NCBI GenBank assembly: GCA_043767805.1
Contig: JAYUGC010000087.1
Span: 1-64,000 of the forward strand
Source: Pseudomonadota bacterium
GTDB lineage: Bacteria > Bdellovibrionota > FAC87 > UBA2466
Reading direction: 5' to 3'
DNA length: 64,000 nt
In this document: positions 1 through 9,989 of the stretch, piece by piece
How the letters are laid out: each line of letters begins with the position of its first letter
Position numbering within the stretch: position 1 is the first letter of the stretch
The notes under the pieces: generated by a model
Told to the model about the DNA's origin: nothing
The model's database searches: none
The model's input: only the letters and a program-made list of their open reading frames with translations
Translations under genes and position numbers: made by a program

Positions 1-777
1 GGTGACGACCGTCTTCTTGGTGTCACGCAGACCGATGATTTCCACTTCGTCGTTCAACTTCACGATTCCGCGCTCGACACGGCCGGTGACGACAGTTCCG
101 CGACCTTGGATCGAGAACACGTCTTCAATGGCCATCAAGAAGGGCTTGTCCTTCTCGCGAGGAGGCTGGGGAATGTAGCTATCAAGAGCGTCCATCAACT
201 TCATGATGGCTTTGGAACCGTACTCGCCTTCGTCGCCGGCAAGAGCTTTCGTGGCAGAGCCACGAATGATCGGAACGGCGTCTCCGGGAAACTTGTATTT
301 GGTGAGCAACTCGCGCACTTCCATCTCGACGAGATCGAGAAGCTCGGCGTCGTCCACCATGTCGCACTTATTCATGAACACGATGATGTGAGGCACGCCT
401 ACCTGACGAGCCAGAAGAATATGCTCGCGGGTCTGAGGCATGGGACCGTCGGCGGCGGACACGACTAAGATCGCTCCGTCCATTTGGGCGGCGCCCGTGA
501 TCATGTTCTTAACGTAATCGGCGTGTCCGGGGCAGTCGACATGCGCGTAGTGACGATTTTTGGATTCGTACTCTACGTGACAGGTCGAGATCGTGATGCC
601 GCGAGCTTTCTCTTCAGGAGCCGCGTCGATCTGATCGTAAGCCATGGCTTTCGCCTGGCCCGTTTTCGCCAAAACTGTAGTAAGCGCCGCCGTCAAAGAC
701 GTCTTGCCGTGATCGACGTGACCGATCGTGCCGACGTTCAAGTGCGGTTTGCTGCGTTCGAATTTTGCCTTACCCAT
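1..777 (-). CDS. tuf: Elongation factor Tu (5' part; runs off window start)
   Basis: Reverse complement reads [26 protein letters not shown]..., includes RGITI and DMVDD; GGAG RBS upstream; absent from the ORF track because its stop is outside the window. Confidence 0.98.
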   Translation of the reverse strand, partial: MGKAKFERSKPHLNVGTIGHVDHGKTSLTAALTTVLAKTGQAKAMAYDQIDAAPEEKARGITISTCHVEYESKNRHYAHVDCPGHADYVKNMITGAAQMDGAILVVSAADGPMPQTREHILLARQVGVPHIIVFMNKCDMVDDAELLDLVEMEVRELLTKYKFPGDAVPIIRGSATKALAGDEGEYGSKAIMKLMDALDSYIPQPPREKDKPFLMAIEDVFSIQGRGTVVTGRVERGIVKLNDEVEIIGLRDTKKTVVT

Positions 778-807
778 TTGTTCTCCCGTTGAAGACCTAA
801 AAAAATC

Positions 808-879
<72 letters not shown>

Positions 880-1059
880 AAAGAAATTTTTCCGTTAGCC
901 ACAGTTCGGCTGAGCCGTAAAACCAATTCGCCTTTTGTAGCTAATGGCACAGGATGTGTCCACTGATTCTTTCATTGATATCGAGAACCTACCGGAGGTG
1001 GCGGCGAGTCGATGCGGCTCGTCTTTCGACCAGACCTGATCCCCCGAAAGTAAAGAAAA

Positions 1060-2298
1060 TCAACTACCTGTCGCGATGCGCGAGAGGGTGGCCGCCACCC
1101 GGGCGGTTAAATGACGGAGACCGAACGAACCGAGCTGGGCGGGATCGGCCCCCCGGGGACGATCGATCAGCGTCTCCCACGCGGCGCGCACCCCGGGAAG
1201 ATCCCCCGCCGGGACCGTAAGCCCCGCCCCGAAATCGGAGATCAACCGGGCCGCATCGCCTTCGGGGTCGCCGAGGGCGAGGATGGGTTTTCCCGATCGC
1301 AGGTACTCATAGAGCTTTGCCGGGATGCGTCCCTTTTGTCCGTCGAGTTGGTTGAGAAAGAGTAGGGCGACCTGAGAGTTTCGCAAAAGCTTCAGCGCCT
1401 CGGCTCGTGGCAAGAATCCGTGCAAGACCAGTCTTGGATGGCGGGCGGCGGCGGTGAAAGTACCCGCGACTTCCAAAGTCCACGGTTTTGGAAAATCGGC
1501 GAGGGCGTCCAGTACCGGCGTCGGATCGCGGTCGGCTCCCATGGTTCCCAAATGACAAAGTCTCATGCCGGTTGTCTCAGGCGCTTCCCCCTCGTCGGTA
1601 AATTCGGCTTCCTCAAATCCCCACGGCAAAAATTCCGGCGAGCGGGCTCCGCGCGCCTCGAGCTCGAGCCGCCAAGTGGGACTTGCGACCGTGACCGCAT
1701 CGGCGCGCGAAAGCGCGAGGGCTTCGAGACGCTCGTGACGGCCGCGCGCGAAACGCGTCAGAGGAAGCCGGCCGAAGTAGCCGAGCTGCGCCCAAGGATC
1801 TTGAAAATCGGCGAGCCAAGCAATGCCGAGGCGGTCTTTAAGTCGGCTCGCGACTTCGGTGTTCGTATGGGGAGGCCCCGAAGTGAAAAGCGCGTCCACG
1901 GGCCGATCTTTTAGATACGCTTCCAAACGCTTCAGCGTCGGGCGAATCCAAGGTGCTTTCGCGTCGGGAATGAAGCCGTTCGCCCGCACCCAAAGCGCGA
2001 GCTTTTGCCGCCCTCCGGTCCGCGCGGACGCGATGGCTTCCTCGGCGTTCTCCGTCGATCGGGTCCACGACTTATAGAGGTGATAGGGATTCCACGCGGG
2101 AATGCGCAAGACTTCCAGGCCCGCGGGCACTTCCGCGGCCAGAGCGTGGTCGTAAGTCTCGTAGGCGTCGGGAGTGGCGGTAGCGATGACCGGTTCCCAA
2201 CCGTGCTCGCGCAAGCGAGAGGCGAAACGCAAGGTTCTCAAGACCGTTACCCCGCCCGCAGGCGGCCAGTGGTAACTCACGATGAGAACTCGTTTCAA
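1060..2298 (-). CDS. Glycosyltransferase family 4 (GT-B)
   Basis: N-terminal KRVLIVSYHWPP, DFQDPW, C-terminal PAKLYEYLRSGKPIL; start chosen at TTG after AGGAG. Confidence 0.85.
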   Translation of the reverse strand: MKRVLIVSYHWPPAGGVTVLRTLRFASRLREHGWEPVIATATPDAYETYDHALAAEVPAGLEVLRIPAWNPYHLYKSWTRSTENAEEAIASARTGGRQKLALWVRANGFIPDAKAPWIRPTLKRLEAYLKDRPVDALFTSGPPHTNTEVASRLKDRLGIAWLADFQDPWAQLGYFGRLPLTRFARGRHERLEALALSRADAVTVASPTWRLELEARGARSPEFLPWGFEEAEFTDEGEAPETTGMRLCHLGTMGADRDPTPVLDALADFPKPWTLEVAGTFTAAARHPRLVLHGFLPRAEALKLLRNSQVALLFLNQLDGQKGRIPAKLYEYLRSGKPILALGDPEGDAARLISDFGAGLTVPAGDLPGVRAAWETLIDRPRGADPAQLGSFGLRHLTARVAATLSRIATGS

Positions 2299-2306
2299 AC
2301 CCACTC

Positions 2307-3134
2307 CTATCGGTAACGAAGCGACCAGCGACGCCAGCCCAACCAACTCTCTCTCAGCCGACCCAAAAGCGGAAGGCCTCGGACGGCCGCGAAAAGATGG
2401 GCTCTGAAGCCATTCATCCTTTGGTGCGCATGGTAACGGGCGTAGTCCAGGGGACGCACGTTGCCTCGCATTAGCTTTCGTCCCAAGTCCCGAAGCTCTC
2501 GGTAGCGCTGCTCAAAGCAACGGTGGGAGACACCGGTCGTGTCGAAGTAGACTAGCCGATCCGGGACGCAGAGACTCTTTCGGCGCGAAAGGAAAAAGCG
2601 GAGCAGAAATTCTTCGTCGCCCGCAATGGGGTACTGCGTGGAGTAGGGGCCAAGTTCGGCAAACGTACGGCGCCGAAAAAGCATGGCCTGATGGCAAAGG
2701 CTGCGGCCCGAAAGCAGCGAGCGATGGAGCGTGGTGCGAGGAAACGAGACGAAACTGAACTCTCCCTCGGCGACGAGATCGGCGGCGGCGCAAGTCAGTT
2801 CCAGCTCCGGATCCCGCTCGAACTCGGAAAGCATTTTTTCGAGGGCACCCAGGTCTTTTAGACGATCCCCGCCATTTAAGAACCAGACGACGTCGCCCGT
2901 GGCGCTCTGGGTCCCTGAGTTCATGGCCGAGTAGATTCCCGTGGGAGGCTCTCTAAGGAATACGAGCGGCCAGCCGTTTGGAATTTGCACGGCGGGCGTC
3001 TCTCCCGAACCATCGACGATGAGGTGCTCCCAGCGCAAACCCGAGCCCACGAGCGGCGCAAGCGACAGCAACGTTGCGGCGAGACCCTTGGGGTCGTCCT
3101 TAGTAATGGTGATGACGGAAAGCGAGGGCGCCAT
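2307..3134 (-). CDS. Glycosyltransferase family 2 (WcaE/PGL-type)
   Basis: LSVITIT, IVDG, GIYSAMNSG, FLNGGD, CHQAM motifs. Confidence 0.88.
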   Translation of the reverse strand: MAPSLSVITITKDDPKGLAATLLSLAPLVGSGLRWEHLIVDGSGETPAVQIPNGWPLVFLREPPTGIYSAMNSGTQSATGDVVWFLNGGDRLKDLGALEKMLSEFERDPELELTCAAADLVAEGEFSFVSFPRTTLHRSLLSGRSLCHQAMLFRRRTFAELGPYSTQYPIAGDEEFLLRFFLSRRKSLCVPDRLVYFDTTGVSHRCFEQRYRELRDLGRKLMRGNVRPLDYARYHAHQRMNGFRAHLFAAVRGLPLLGRLRESWLGWRRWSLRYR

Positions 3135-3190
3135 GGATGGCCGCCATTATACAGCAATTAAGGGAGAGATCCTTTGCTTGAGGCTCAGGA

Positions 3191-3220
3191 TAGTTTTTGG
3201 CGGCGCAGCCGCAAAAACTA
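3191..3220. repeat. Inverted repeat/hairpin overlapping the stop codon of the 3218..4264 gene
   Basis: TAGTTTTTG-GCGGC-GCA-GCCGC-AAAAACTA; the T tract precedes rather than follows the stem on both strands, so not a canonical intrinsic terminator. Confidence 0.5.
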
Positions 3221-4264
3221 GTTGTTCCGGTCGACTAGTTTCGCCTGGCCGCGGCGAATGGTGCCGTCGGCGGAGGTGCGGGTGATTTCCCCTCCGAAAA
3301 AGACGCGTCCATCCGGGTAATCGTACTTGGTGCGGCCGATGCGGAAATGGAACGTCTCCCGCAAATTGCTTTGCGCTTCGTCGGTGTACACGAACACGTC
3401 GAACTCGAAGATGCCACCGAGCTCGGTGTAGGTGACGTTGCCCATGGTAGGCTTTAGGCCTTCACCGGAATTCGTCGTGTAGCTGCGCGGACCGAGATCG
3501 TCGCCCATGTTCCAGCCCGTGATGGAGGCGGCGATGGTTCCGTCTTTTTGAAACTGAAAGGTGACCGAAGTCGGCTGATCTTTGTACCACTCGACGACCG
3601 TCATGATCTCGTCGACCTGCTTCCTGCCGGCTTCTTCGATGACGAGCTGACGGGCTTCCAAATCGTCCATTTCGGATTGCAAAGGATCCGCTACCGCCTT
3701 CTTCGCGGCGACGTCGTCCTCGGCCTTCTTTTTCTTCGGCGCGAGGGCTTCCAAAGTCGCCGTGTGCGTCGCGACATTGGCTTTTTGGGTCGCTAGCTCC
3801 GCCTCGAGCTGAGCGACTGTTTCCGGCGTGGGGACGGGCTTGTCTTTCTCTAGCTTTAATCCTTTTTCGGCGGCGGCAACGGCTTTCTCGGCTTCCGCCT
3901 TGAGCTTCGTGACTTTGTCGAATTGTGTTTTCAAGGGACGAAGCACGGAGTTCAACGCCTTCAGCTCGTCTTTGAGCAGGCTCAGTTGGGAATCGAGCTC
4001 CAAGTGCCGGCGGTTCAGCGGGAGGGCGGAGCCGTCGAGCTTATCGATCTCTTTACTGATGGCGACGGCGCGGGAAACTTGTTCGGGCGTCATGTCGTCG
4101 CGCCAGACGAAGAACTTATTGTTGGCGAGGCGCCAATCTTGTTTCGGGAACGTGCGAAGGGCGAGGGGCTGCACGTTGTCGCGGGGAGCGACGGCCGTGT
4201 CGACCTTGCCGCAACCGGCGAGAACCAAGAGCGCGAGGCACGAAATTTTCAAAGCTTGTTTCAT
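3218..4264 (-). CDS. Hypothetical lipoprotein with long central coiled coil
   Basis: Lipobox VLAGC after hydrophobic leader; K/A/E-rich helical middle; beta-rich C-terminus. Confidence 0.75.
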   Translation of the reverse strand: MKQALKISCLALLVLAGCGKVDTAVAPRDNVQPLALRTFPKQDWRLANNKFFVWRDDMTPEQVSRAVAISKEIDKLDGSALPLNRRHLELDSQLSLLKDELKALNSVLRPLKTQFDKVTKLKAEAEKAVAAAEKGLKLEKDKPVPTPETVAQLEAELATQKANVATHTATLEALAPKKKKAEDDVAAKKAVADPLQSEMDDLEARQLVIEEAGRKQVDEIMTVVEWYKDQPTSVTFQFQKDGTIAASITGWNMGDDLGPRSYTTNSGEGLKPTMGNVTYTELGGIFEFDVFVYTDEAQSNLRETFHFRIGRTKYDYPDGRVFFGGEITRTSADGTIRRGQAKLVDRNN

Positions 4265-4273
4265 TTCCAACCT

Positions 4274-5548
4274 CTAGAAAAAGAGCACCATTTCACCGGC
4301 GACGATGTCGTTCTTCGGCGCGTTCCGGCCACCCAGCGGATGGCTGTAAGACGCGTTCAGCTGGAGGGGAAGGGGAAAGGATTTTTGCTTGTACCAGTTC
4401 ACCGTCGAGAATCCGACCGAAGCGGAGACGGCGTGCAGGACCTGAGCGAGCTCGAGGTCTTCGAGAATCTTGTAGCGCTGCAAAGTGTAGGCGTCCGTCC
4501 CCGCGCCGGAGTAACGGGTCTTCGACAAGAACTGCGTGGAGACCCCCGCGCCGAGCACGAGACCCGCTTTGTGAATCGGATATTCGAGACCCGTGCCGAC
4601 GATGGCTTGATGGCCGAACTCGCGGGTGAGCTCTTCCTTGTCTTTAGAGAGAGTATCTTCCGCGGAAACCGGAAGGCGCTTTACGTTGTGGCTCGGCAAG
4701 AGCGTGGTGTACGTACCGTGCACGTTCCAACGCAAATCACCGAACAAAAAATAGTCGTGAACCGCGCCGAGCGCGATCTTAAAGCGGTTATCGCCCGTGG
4801 TGATGTCGAGCGCGCGGTTGGCGTTGACGCTCGTGCCGGTGGGCAAGATGAGGTTCAGCTTAGCGGCAAGGCCGCTGGTCGCCGTCGAGTACACGCGGTA
4901 CTTCGAGACGAGCTGAATGTCGCCAAGCCCCGCGACCGTCATGGAGCGGAGAGGCTCGTACCCGAGACGGGCGAGCTTCTTTTGCGTGGCATCGTTGAGC
5001 TTTGCCGCCGCCTCGTTGCACTTATCGGGCGAAGAGTCGCAGATGTAGTCGACGAACGTTTGTCCGTCGTTACCGCGGATGAAGCCCGTATCGACGGAGA
5101 CGTCGACGTTGACGATGGGAACCACGATTCCCACGGTCAGGTTCTCGGTGAGTCCCATGGCGAGCGCCGGGACCTTGATGTTCGCGTAGGTTTTCACCAC
5201 GCCGGAGGCGTTGCCGGGGGTGCCTTCCAAGGTGAGGCCGTTATCGTTCAAGACGGATTTGACGAGGTTCTTTTGGGACTCGTCGTCCTGAGCATCGAGC
5301 ACGTCCTGCCAGCTCACCCGCTTGTTGAGCCGCGTGCCGACGGGTTCCAAGCCGCCATTCGGATCGTACTTGGTGTCCACCGACGTCATGACGTCGATGA
5401 AACGGGGGTTTCTCACCCCGTTGGGAAGCGTCTGCGTGCTCTCCAAAGAAAAGGGGGCCGAAAGATTTGCGGCGAACAAGGGACCACCCAGGCCAAGTGT
5501 GAGCGCTACCTGGACGACCGTGATTTTTAACAACGAAGTGTTTTCCAC
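4274..5548 (-). CDS. Putative outer-membrane beta-barrel/transporter family protein
   Basis: Signal peptide, GLGDI and LPTG motifs, alternating hydrophobic strands, terminal Phe. Confidence 0.65.
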   Translation of the reverse strand: MENTSLLKITVVQVALTLGLGGPLFAANLSAPFSLESTQTLPNGVRNPRFIDVMTSVDTKYDPNGGLEPVGTRLNKRVSWQDVLDAQDDESQKNLVKSVLNDNGLTLEGTPGNASGVVKTYANIKVPALAMGLTENLTVGIVVPIVNVDVSVDTGFIRGNDGQTFVDYICDSSPDKCNEAAAKLNDATQKKLARLGYEPLRSMTVAGLGDIQLVSKYRVYSTATSGLAAKLNLILPTGTSVNANRALDITTGDNRFKIALGAVHDYFLFGDLRWNVHGTYTTLLPSHNVKRLPVSAEDTLSKDKEELTREFGHQAIVGTGLEYPIHKAGLVLGAGVSTQFLSKTRYSGAGTDAYTLQRYKILEDLELAQVLHAVSASVGFSTVNWYKQKSFPLPLQLNASYSHPLGGRNAPKNDIVAGEMVLFF

Positions 5549-5596
5549 GAAACCCTCTTTCGATCCTTCAAGTCTCTCGACCCCCAACCGAAACGT

Positions 5597-6397
5597 TTAC
5601 TTACCCAACTGCGTGCGCAACGTGCGCGCGTCCTTGAACTCCTCAATGGTCTCGGGAACGCGATCGAGGTTCAGAGTGTTGGGATCTTTCGCGAGCATCT
5701 CGTCCAAGATCTGTTTCGCCTTGGCCTTTTGCGAAGCGTTTCCGCCCGCGAGGCTTTCCGCGTACCAGACCATGTTCAGCGCGATCTGAGGTCCCTTGGT
5801 GTAAGAGACGTCGAGGTGCTTGATCGAGGTGGCGAGGTTGCCGCCCGCAAATCCCGGAAGCTTGAAATAGAGCCGGCCGAGGATGCGATCGGGACCGAAC
5901 CCTTCGAGGGTTTCGCCCGCGTCACCCGCGCGCGTGTTCAATTCGAAGATCGCTTCGAGGGTCTTCATGATCTCGTTCTTTTTGGAGAGCGAGGCGATGA
6001 TGCCTTTCGCTTCCGCCCAGCGGCCGAGATGAGCGGCGCTCCAGTAAAAGGCATCGGCGTAATCCGGAAGCAAAGCTTTCGCGGCATCGGCCGTTTGCTT
6101 GGCTTCGTCGTGGATCGTAATCTTGTTCGCGTCGCCCGTGGTATGCGTGCCCTTCCAGTAGAGGACTTTGCACTGGAGCATCATGAGATCGTATTTGACC
6201 TCGTCGGAAGTCGCTTCAGTGATGGCGGCTTTGATGAGCGCCAAGGCTTGGGTGACCTTCGCCGCGTCGGTGCGCGAGTTATAAAGGGCGATGGCGTCGG
6301 CTAGTTTCGTCGCCGCCGACTTATCGTCAGCGCGCGCGGGAAGGCTCGTAGCGAGCAGTCCCATCAGGAGGCTCAGGGTGAGTGCCGTCTTTTTCAT
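5597..6397 (-). CDS. Secreted all-helical TPR-like protein (TatT/BstC-like)
   Basis: Signal peptide ending ARA; helical repeats; YWSAAHLGRW and LGRLYFKLPGFAGG segments. Confidence 0.6.
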   Translation of the reverse strand: MKKTALTLSLLMGLLATSLPARADDKSAATKLADAIALYNSRTDAAKVTQALALIKAAITEATSDEVKYDLMMLQCKVLYWKGTHTTGDANKITIHDEAKQTADAAKALLPDYADAFYWSAAHLGRWAEAKGIIASLSKKNEIMKTLEAIFELNTRAGDAGETLEGFGPDRILGRLYFKLPGFAGGNLATSIKHLDVSYTKGPQIALNMVWYAESLAGGNASQKAKAKQILDEMLAKDPNTLNLDRVPETIEEFKDARTLRTQLGK

Positions 6398-6584
6398 TTT
6401 CTATCCTCTATTTGGATGATTAGGGCGGCGAAATTGCTCGTCGCGTTACCGCCGTGTGTGCCCGTTTGTAGTTTGGGGGCCAGTTCGGTGTCAAGGCACG
6501 TACCCCTCGGGGCGCGGGCAAAGTGTTCTCGGGGGGCTTCAGGAGCGGGAAACGGTACCGGTAAGTAGCTAAAAATAGGACTTA

Positions 6585-7067
6585 TTAGGCGTTGATCTCA
6601 GTGGGTCCGGAAACCATGCCGGAGGGCGCTGGGCGGTCGGTGAAGGGGCGGTGCCAGGCCTCCAAAACGAGAAGGCGAGCGAACCAAAGGACGAGGCTTG
6701 CCTGCCAGAGAAAGCCAAAAAAGAAGGGGGCGAAATGGGACTCCTTTATATAGAGAAATCCAAGAACGGTTGCTGCCGCGGCGGATGAGGCCAGGCAAAC
6801 CGTGCGGTAGGGCCAGCGTGTGGGAAAGGCGGCGGCGCAGGTGAAGGCCACGCCCTGGACCAGGAGGTAGAGGCCGCAGAGCAGCCACCACGACCCCGAA
6901 AGCTTCGCGGGCAAAGGCACTAGAAACGGCACGAGCTTACCCAGCGCATTGGAAGCCACGCCTAGGGAAGCGGGCTTGAAGAGGAAAAAATAGGCCACGA
7001 TGCCGTGGACCGTGGCGATCCCCGCCATCGAGCCCACGTAGCGCGACACGAGCTTCGAGCTATCCAT
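6585..7067 (-). CDS. Hypothetical membrane protein (about 4 TM)
   Basis: Four hydrophobic segments; fills the gap between neighbours. Confidence 0.6.
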   Translation of the reverse strand: MDSSKLVSRYVGSMAGIATVHGIVAYFFLFKPASLGVASNALGKLVPFLVPLPAKLSGSWWLLCGLYLLVQGVAFTCAAAFPTRWPYRTVCLASSAAAATVLGFLYIKESHFAPFFFGFLWQASLVLWFARLLVLEAWHRPFTDRPAPSGMVSGPTEINA

Positions 7068-7167
7068 GGAGGGATTTTTCTACACCACCCCGGGCCAGGG
7101 AAAAAGGACTTATCCCTGGAGGCCGCCTCCCTCATAATTAAGCATCCCCTCCAGGAGAGACTTCTCA

Positions 7168-9126
7168 ATGACTCGGCTACTCAGTGTCGCGGTGTGGCTC
7201 GGCCTCGTGAGCGCGGTAGGCTACGCGCATCCTTTAGACGATCTCTCCGCGGAGGAAATAGCCCGCGCGGTCAGCGCCATCCGGGCGTCGAAGCGTTTCC
7301 CCGAAAGCATCCGCTTTCCGATCCTCGCGACCAAAGAGCCGGAGAAAAAAGCGCTGCTCGCCGGGAAGGCCCAAGGCAGGCTGGCCGCGGCTACCGTGCT
7401 CGATCCGCCGTCGGGAAAATTCTGGGACGTGGTGGTCGACCTCGAAAAGAATCAGGTTACCAGCGCGGAAGAGCAAAAGGGAAGTCAGCCTCCCATTCTT
7501 TTGGAAGAGTACGAGATTACCTCCAAGCTCATTCGGGAAGACGCGCGCTGGCTCGCCTCCATCAAGAAACGCGGCATCGATAATCCCGATGACGTCGCCA
7601 TCGATTCCTGGGTACCCGGGCTCATGTCGAAGGCCGAGAAAAAAGGCGGCGCCCGCTTGATGCGAGGCGTGCCTTACCTTCGCGGCAAGAATGAGAACTA
7701 TTACGGCCGGCCCATCGAAGGGCTCATCGCCACGGTGGATATCGGAAAGAAGAAAGTCATCGAAGTCGTCGATACCGGTGTCGTTCCCATCGCAAAGGGC
7801 TCCGTGGAGCTTTCGGAAGCGGCGAACGGGCCCGTCCGCACCACCTTGAAGCCTATCGTCATCGAACGTCCCGAAGGCGTGTCCTTCAAGATAGAGAAGG
7901 GCGAAGTGCAATGGGAGCATTGGCGCTTTCGTTTCTCGCTGCACCCTCAGAAAGGCCTGACGATTTATCAGGTCGGCTATGAGGATGGCGGCAAGATTCG
8001 TCCAATCGCCTACAAAGTGGGTTTGAGCGAAATGGTCGTTCCCTACGGAGATCCGGATGCGACCTGGACGTTTCGAAATGCTTTCGATTTAGGCGAGTAT
8101 GGCGTGGGCCGTACCAGTCATTCGCTCGACCCGCTCGTCGATACCCCGGTGGGCACGCAGTTCTTCGACGCGGTTTTCGCCGAAGACGGCGGTACCACTT
8201 ACAATGTGCCCCGGGCCATTGGGCTCTACGAGCGAGAGACGGGACTGCTTTGGAAGCATGTCGATCAGGCGACGCATCGGGGAGAAGCCCGCCGGAGTCG
8301 TGAGCTCGTACTTACATTCATGACCACCGTCGGTAATTACGACTACGGCATCGACTACGTGTTTTACCTGGATGGCACGCTCGAGGTGCAGGCCGCGCTG
8401 ACCGGCATGGTCCAAGCCAAGGGAACGAAGCTCACCGAGAACCCTTGTGTCGAGGGCTGCTCTCATTTGGTCGAGGCCAATATTCTCGCCCCCAATCATC
8501 AGCACTTTTTTGCCTTCCGGGCGGATCTCGACGTGGATGGTCCAAAAAACCAAGCCGTCGAAATGAACGTGAAAGCGATCGCATCCACCGCCTTGAACCC
8601 GGCGCGAAATGCCTTCGACGCTTTCCTCACGCCACTCAAATCGGAGAAAGCCGCGGCTCGCGAATTGAATTTAGCGACGAGCCGCAAATGGAAAGTGATG
8701 AGCTCGTCGGAAAAGAACGCGCTCAAACACCCTACTGGCTACGCGCTCATTCCGGGAGAGAACGCGGTTCCCTATCTCGCGCCGGAGTCGCCTATTCGAA
8801 AGCGTGCGAGCTTCGTGAATCACCCCGTATGGTTTACGCGCTACAAGGATGCGGAGCAGGGGGCCGCAGGAACTTACCCGAATCAGCATCTCACCGGCGA
8901 CGGGCTCACCCGCTTTATCGCCGATAACGAGAAGCTCGAGAACGAGGACGTCGTCCTTTGGTACGTGTTCGGCATTACGCACGTGACTCGCCCTGAAGAA
9001 TGGCCGATCATGAACGTGCATAGAGCGGGATTTAAGCTGATTCCCGTCAATTTTTTCTCACGCAATCCCGGCATGGACTTGCCGGCCGTTTCCGCGAAGC
9101 TCATTGAGGCCGCGCGAGACAAGTAA
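7168..9126 (+). CDS. tynA: Copper/TPQ primary amine oxidase, exported
   Basis: HPLDDL start of mature protein, TTVGNYDY (TPQ precursor Tyr), NHQHFF and HVTRPEEWPIM copper ligands; AGGAG RBS; signal peptide. Confidence 0.93.
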   Translation: MTRLLSVAVWLGLVSAVGYAHPLDDLSAEEIARAVSAIRASKRFPESIRFPILATKEPEKKALLAGKAQGRLAAATVLDPPSGKFWDVVVDLEKNQVTSAEEQKGSQPPILLEEYEITSKLIREDARWLASIKKRGIDNPDDVAIDSWVPGLMSKAEKKGGARLMRGVPYLRGKNENYYGRPIEGLIATVDIGKKKVIEVVDTGVVPIAKGSVELSEAANGPVRTTLKPIVIERPEGVSFKIEKGEVQWEHWRFRFSLHPQKGLTIYQVGYEDGGKIRPIAYKVGLSEMVVPYGDPDATWTFRNAFDLGEYGVGRTSHSLDPLVDTPVGTQFFDAVFAEDGGTTYNVPRAIGLYERETGLLWKHVDQATHRGEARRSRELVLTFMTTVGNYDYGIDYVFYLDGTLEVQAALTGMVQAKGTKLTENPCVEGCSHLVEANILAPNHQHFFAFRADLDVDGPKNQAVEMNVKAIASTALNPARNAFDAFLTPLKSEKAAARELNLATSRKWKVMSSSEKNALKHPTGYALIPGENAVPYLAPESPIRKRASFVNHPVWFTRYKDAEQGAAGTYPNQHLTGDGLTRFIADNEKLENEDVVLWYVFGITHVTRPEEWPIMNVHRAGFKLIPVNFFSRNPGMDLPAVSAKLIEAARDK

Positions 9127-9989
9127 TGCCAAAACGCCTGTCTCATTTTCTGCTCCTGGTACTGCTCGCGACTTCGTTCGCCCCGAAGGCGGAAGCCGGT
9201 CCGTACGCTTGGATCATGATTTGCGGCGAGCACATGAAGCATTTCGCCGTGAAGCATTTCTCACTGGTACTGGCGGGCCGCAATTTGACCGGGACGGTCG
9301 AGGGGACCGGCGAAAAAATCACGCTCAACGTGGGTAAGCGCCTTGGCTATGGGTTTGTGGGCGGAGTGTACGACGTAGACATCACTCGCGCGGACGGTAC
9401 GGTGGTGAAAGACACCCTCGTCGCGAAAAGCGCTCACCGTTTTCGGGTTCTCGGTCAGCCCAATATTTTGGTCAGGAACATCAATCAGGAGATCGGCGTT
9501 CAGGGGAACTTACAGGCCCTGCTTCCTGCTTTGCAGAAGAATCCGCTCTATCCCAAGAGCTACCCGAAGAACGTGTTGCCACTCGCCCCCATCGCAGGGC
9601 TGGTGAAAACCAACAAGGGCATGGTGCTGCTCAAAAGGAAACTGAAAGGCCTTACGGTCGCCGATTTCGGCCGGAAAAATGCGGGCGAGCCTTACGGGAG
9701 CCTGCCGCCCGATATGGAGCAGGGGTTGAAGGACATGCATGCCTTCGCAAAGGCGGTGGAAGCGGAATCGGCAAAGACCGGTAAGGCGATTTCTCTCGAC
9801 GTCAATCCGAACAATCTCATGTGGGTGACCGATCGCGCGCTACTTGCCGAGATGGGATTTAAGCATCCCGCCTTCATCGCCTTCGAGATCACCGAGGCGA
9901 ATCCTGGTTTGGGGCCTGGCGATTGGGCGTCTTACCGGGAACTGTTCGTGGAGTACTCGCGCATGGCCGTCGACACCACGGTTCCCTAG
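9126..9989 (+). CDS. Secreted protein with degenerate protein-kinase-like motifs
   Basis: Signal peptide; LGYGFVGGVY, LVAK, DVNPNN; TAATG overlap with the amine oxidase. Confidence 0.6.
   Translation: MPKRLSHFLLLVLLATSFAPKAEAGPYAWIMICGEHMKHFAVKHFSLVLAGRNLTGTVEGTGEKITLNVGKRLGYGFVGGVYDVDITRADGTVVKDTLVAKSAHRFRVLGQPNILVRNINQEIGVQGNLQALLPALQKNPLYPKSYPKNVLPLAPIAGLVKTNKGMVLLKRKLKGLTVADFGRKNAGEPYGSLPPDMEQGLKDMHAFAKAVEAESAKTGKAISLDVNPNNLMWVTDRALLAEMGFKHPAFIAFEITEANPGLGPGDWASYRELFVEYSRMAVDTTVP

Noticed and set aside
106..792. Plus-strand ORFs of 120 and 102 aa
   Set aside because: Antisense shadows of tuf
3923..5530. 535-aa plus-strand ORF
   Set aside because: Antisense to two well-formed minus-strand genes; typical GC-rich shadow frame with no motifs
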